Assembly (NCBI RefSeq): GCF_006345805.1
Contig: NC_043000.1
Coordinates: 158,596,001 to 158,660,000 of the forward strand
Source: Octopus sinensis
Lineage: Eukaryota
Length of the DNA: 64,000 bases
Reading direction: 5' to 3'
Shown: piece after piece, positions 62,151 through 64,000 of the stretch
Position numbering within the stretch: position 1 is the stretch's first letter
Layout: each line of letters starts with the position of its first letter
Translations under genes and position numbers: made by a program
The notes under the pieces: generated by a model
The model's database searches: none
Told to the model about the DNA's origin: nothing
The model's input: only the letters and a program-made list of their open reading frames with translations

Positions 62151-64000
62151 TATATGAAGTAGTGATTGTGTGTGTGTGCGTGCGTATATTCCTTACTAAA
62201 ATTCAGTTGCCGATTTTTGACGTATGGGGTATCAAAGGATTCAGCAATCTTTCAGCTACCAAATAAACTTACCTTTCAGTTACACATTTGCATTACAAAA
62301 TTTAACAGTATCATCATTTTATTAGTCAACAATCGTAAACGACATTTTATACCAGGACGACGTCGCATTTTCTATATTAGTGTGTGTCAGTGTGTGTGTG
62401 TTTAGGCATTCGTTACGTACATTAAGCTGATGAGTGAGATGTATATTTGTGTGAGTGTATGTGAGAGTGTATGTGTCCGTCTGTATACATACATTTTTCT
62501 GACAACTGACAAACACACAAACACACATCTAAAGACAAAGACAAACACACAAAGGGGCAGAGATATGTTTGGCGTGTGCGTGAATGTATGTCTGTGTATA
62601 TCTGTCTTAGTATATGTATGTGACTGTATCGGCCAACAGTGAAGAGCACCGATTTTGAAAGGGTTTAGTTTAGTTGAGTCCTGGTCGTTGAACGAACAAA
62701 CAGCGTTCACTTTGAAGTACTACTGTTTATATTTTTCATTTCATCATGGAGATTTGCGATTTATACAGTATTAACAATTATCACTATTTATGAGCTGAAA
62801 AATTATTCTGGTTTTGGTAACCAACAAGAAGATTTAGCTAATTTGACGGCACTCACCACACTCGCAAATATATCAGTCAGTTTGGTTCTTACAACAGATT
62901 CGGAAAGTAGAAAGCCTTAGCGGCTCCTTCAATATAAGTATAGAAATGTTATTCCCGTCCTGATAACCAGTTTGAAGATAACGTTTTTCTAACAGTCTTA
63001 CCGTCCTTATCCTATTCCGGCTGTACTGCTTTAACAGTGTTAGTACTCAACCTTTTTACTGATTTAGTATTTATTCTGCAGCATATAACCTTACACACTT
63101 AAAATATATGTAGTAAGCGATGTCAAATTAATTTATGCCTTGCTACATATATCCTTCAGCAAATGTTTTAAATTAATTTACGTTCACAACAAGAACATAT
63201 TCATGTTTAAATATGTTGTTCAGCGGTTTTTAAAATTTGTAGAATAAATTACTTTTGTATGAAAAATTGAATTATGTTTTCTGAATTTTCTTGGGGCTTC
63301 ACTTCTTCACCGTGACATTCATACCTGAATTTTATGAAATTTAGTACATTTTCCAAATAAATGTTGACTTTTTGTACTTTGTTACATTGTTGATGCATAG
63401 TAATTTTTGCTAAGTTGGTGACTTTCCGACGCTGGAATATTTCTTTGGAAATATTCCTTAACAAAAACTTTTATAGCAAAGCTATGCTACAGAAAGCTTG
63501 TTTTGCACCTGTATTGACTACATTTCGTTTCGCTTGAACTTCGTGTACGCTTTGCTGTTTTCAATATTATCAATTATATGAGTGGCTATGTGTTTGTGTT
63601 AGGGTGGGTGTGTCCGCATTCGTTACGTCTATAGTAAACTAGAGTAATTGACATTTTACGCCGTTTTAATAAGCCTACATCTAATGAAGTAGCCATCCTT
63701 ATGGTAGGTGATCCCTATAAAAATCGTTGTATTCTTTAAACGTGTTTCAGGGACTTATCTATAATGATGCTCTCCAGTATCCTCTTCTTCTGTAGAATGG
63801 GCAAGAGTTGTTTCATTGTAATATTCCACAGACTGACTCTGCAACAAAACAGCCTATTACAAACAAAAAGGTGTCGTCTGATGACTTCTATTTTTACTAA
63901 GTGATGTTAAGACAAGAACGATCAAATCAATTACACAGGTATCGTGATCTATTTCAGCAATACCTGGTTGATATGGATGCTAAAGTTGAGAGTCAGCGCC

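Noticed and set aside
63795-63900. Possible exon after a pyrimidine tract and AG (similar candidate at 40498-40590)
   Set aside because: Short or interrupted frames, weak donors and no recognisable protein similarity; cannot be supported without transcript data.

Overview
AT-rich, microsatellite-dense eukaryotic DNA with no host protein-coding exon, rRNA, true tRNA gene or CRISPR array that I can support. It is most likely Octopus (cephalopod) intronic or intergenic sequence, inferred from the tRNA-derived SINE families, which resemble the octopus OK/OR1/OR2 type. The window is a transposon graveyard. It holds about 11 kb of R4/Dong-like site-specific LINEs (RT plus C-terminal CCHC and PD-(D/E)xK endonuclease) from several lineages, with the well-preserved copies sitting in (TAA)n. 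It also has two CR1-group LINE 3' fragments in (TA)n, RTE and Tx1/L1 fragments, four tRNA-SINE families, several Tc1/mariner elements, MITE/foldback elements and a non-autonomous Helitron. Most interesting points: (1) a tRNA-headed SINE whose 3' module folds as a minimal Penelope-type hammerhead ribozyme, with an internal (AAT)n that appears to act as a landing pad for R4/Dong LINEs; two inverted copies of this module bracket a 5-kb nest. (2) A 3'-terminal hairpin-GAAAC-(8-mer)x3 motif shared, with compensatory changes, by the commonest SINE and the CR1-group LINE. (3) A palindromic mariner built from two 5' ends. All alignments were done by eye; boundaries of degenerate elements are approximate and no database search was run.
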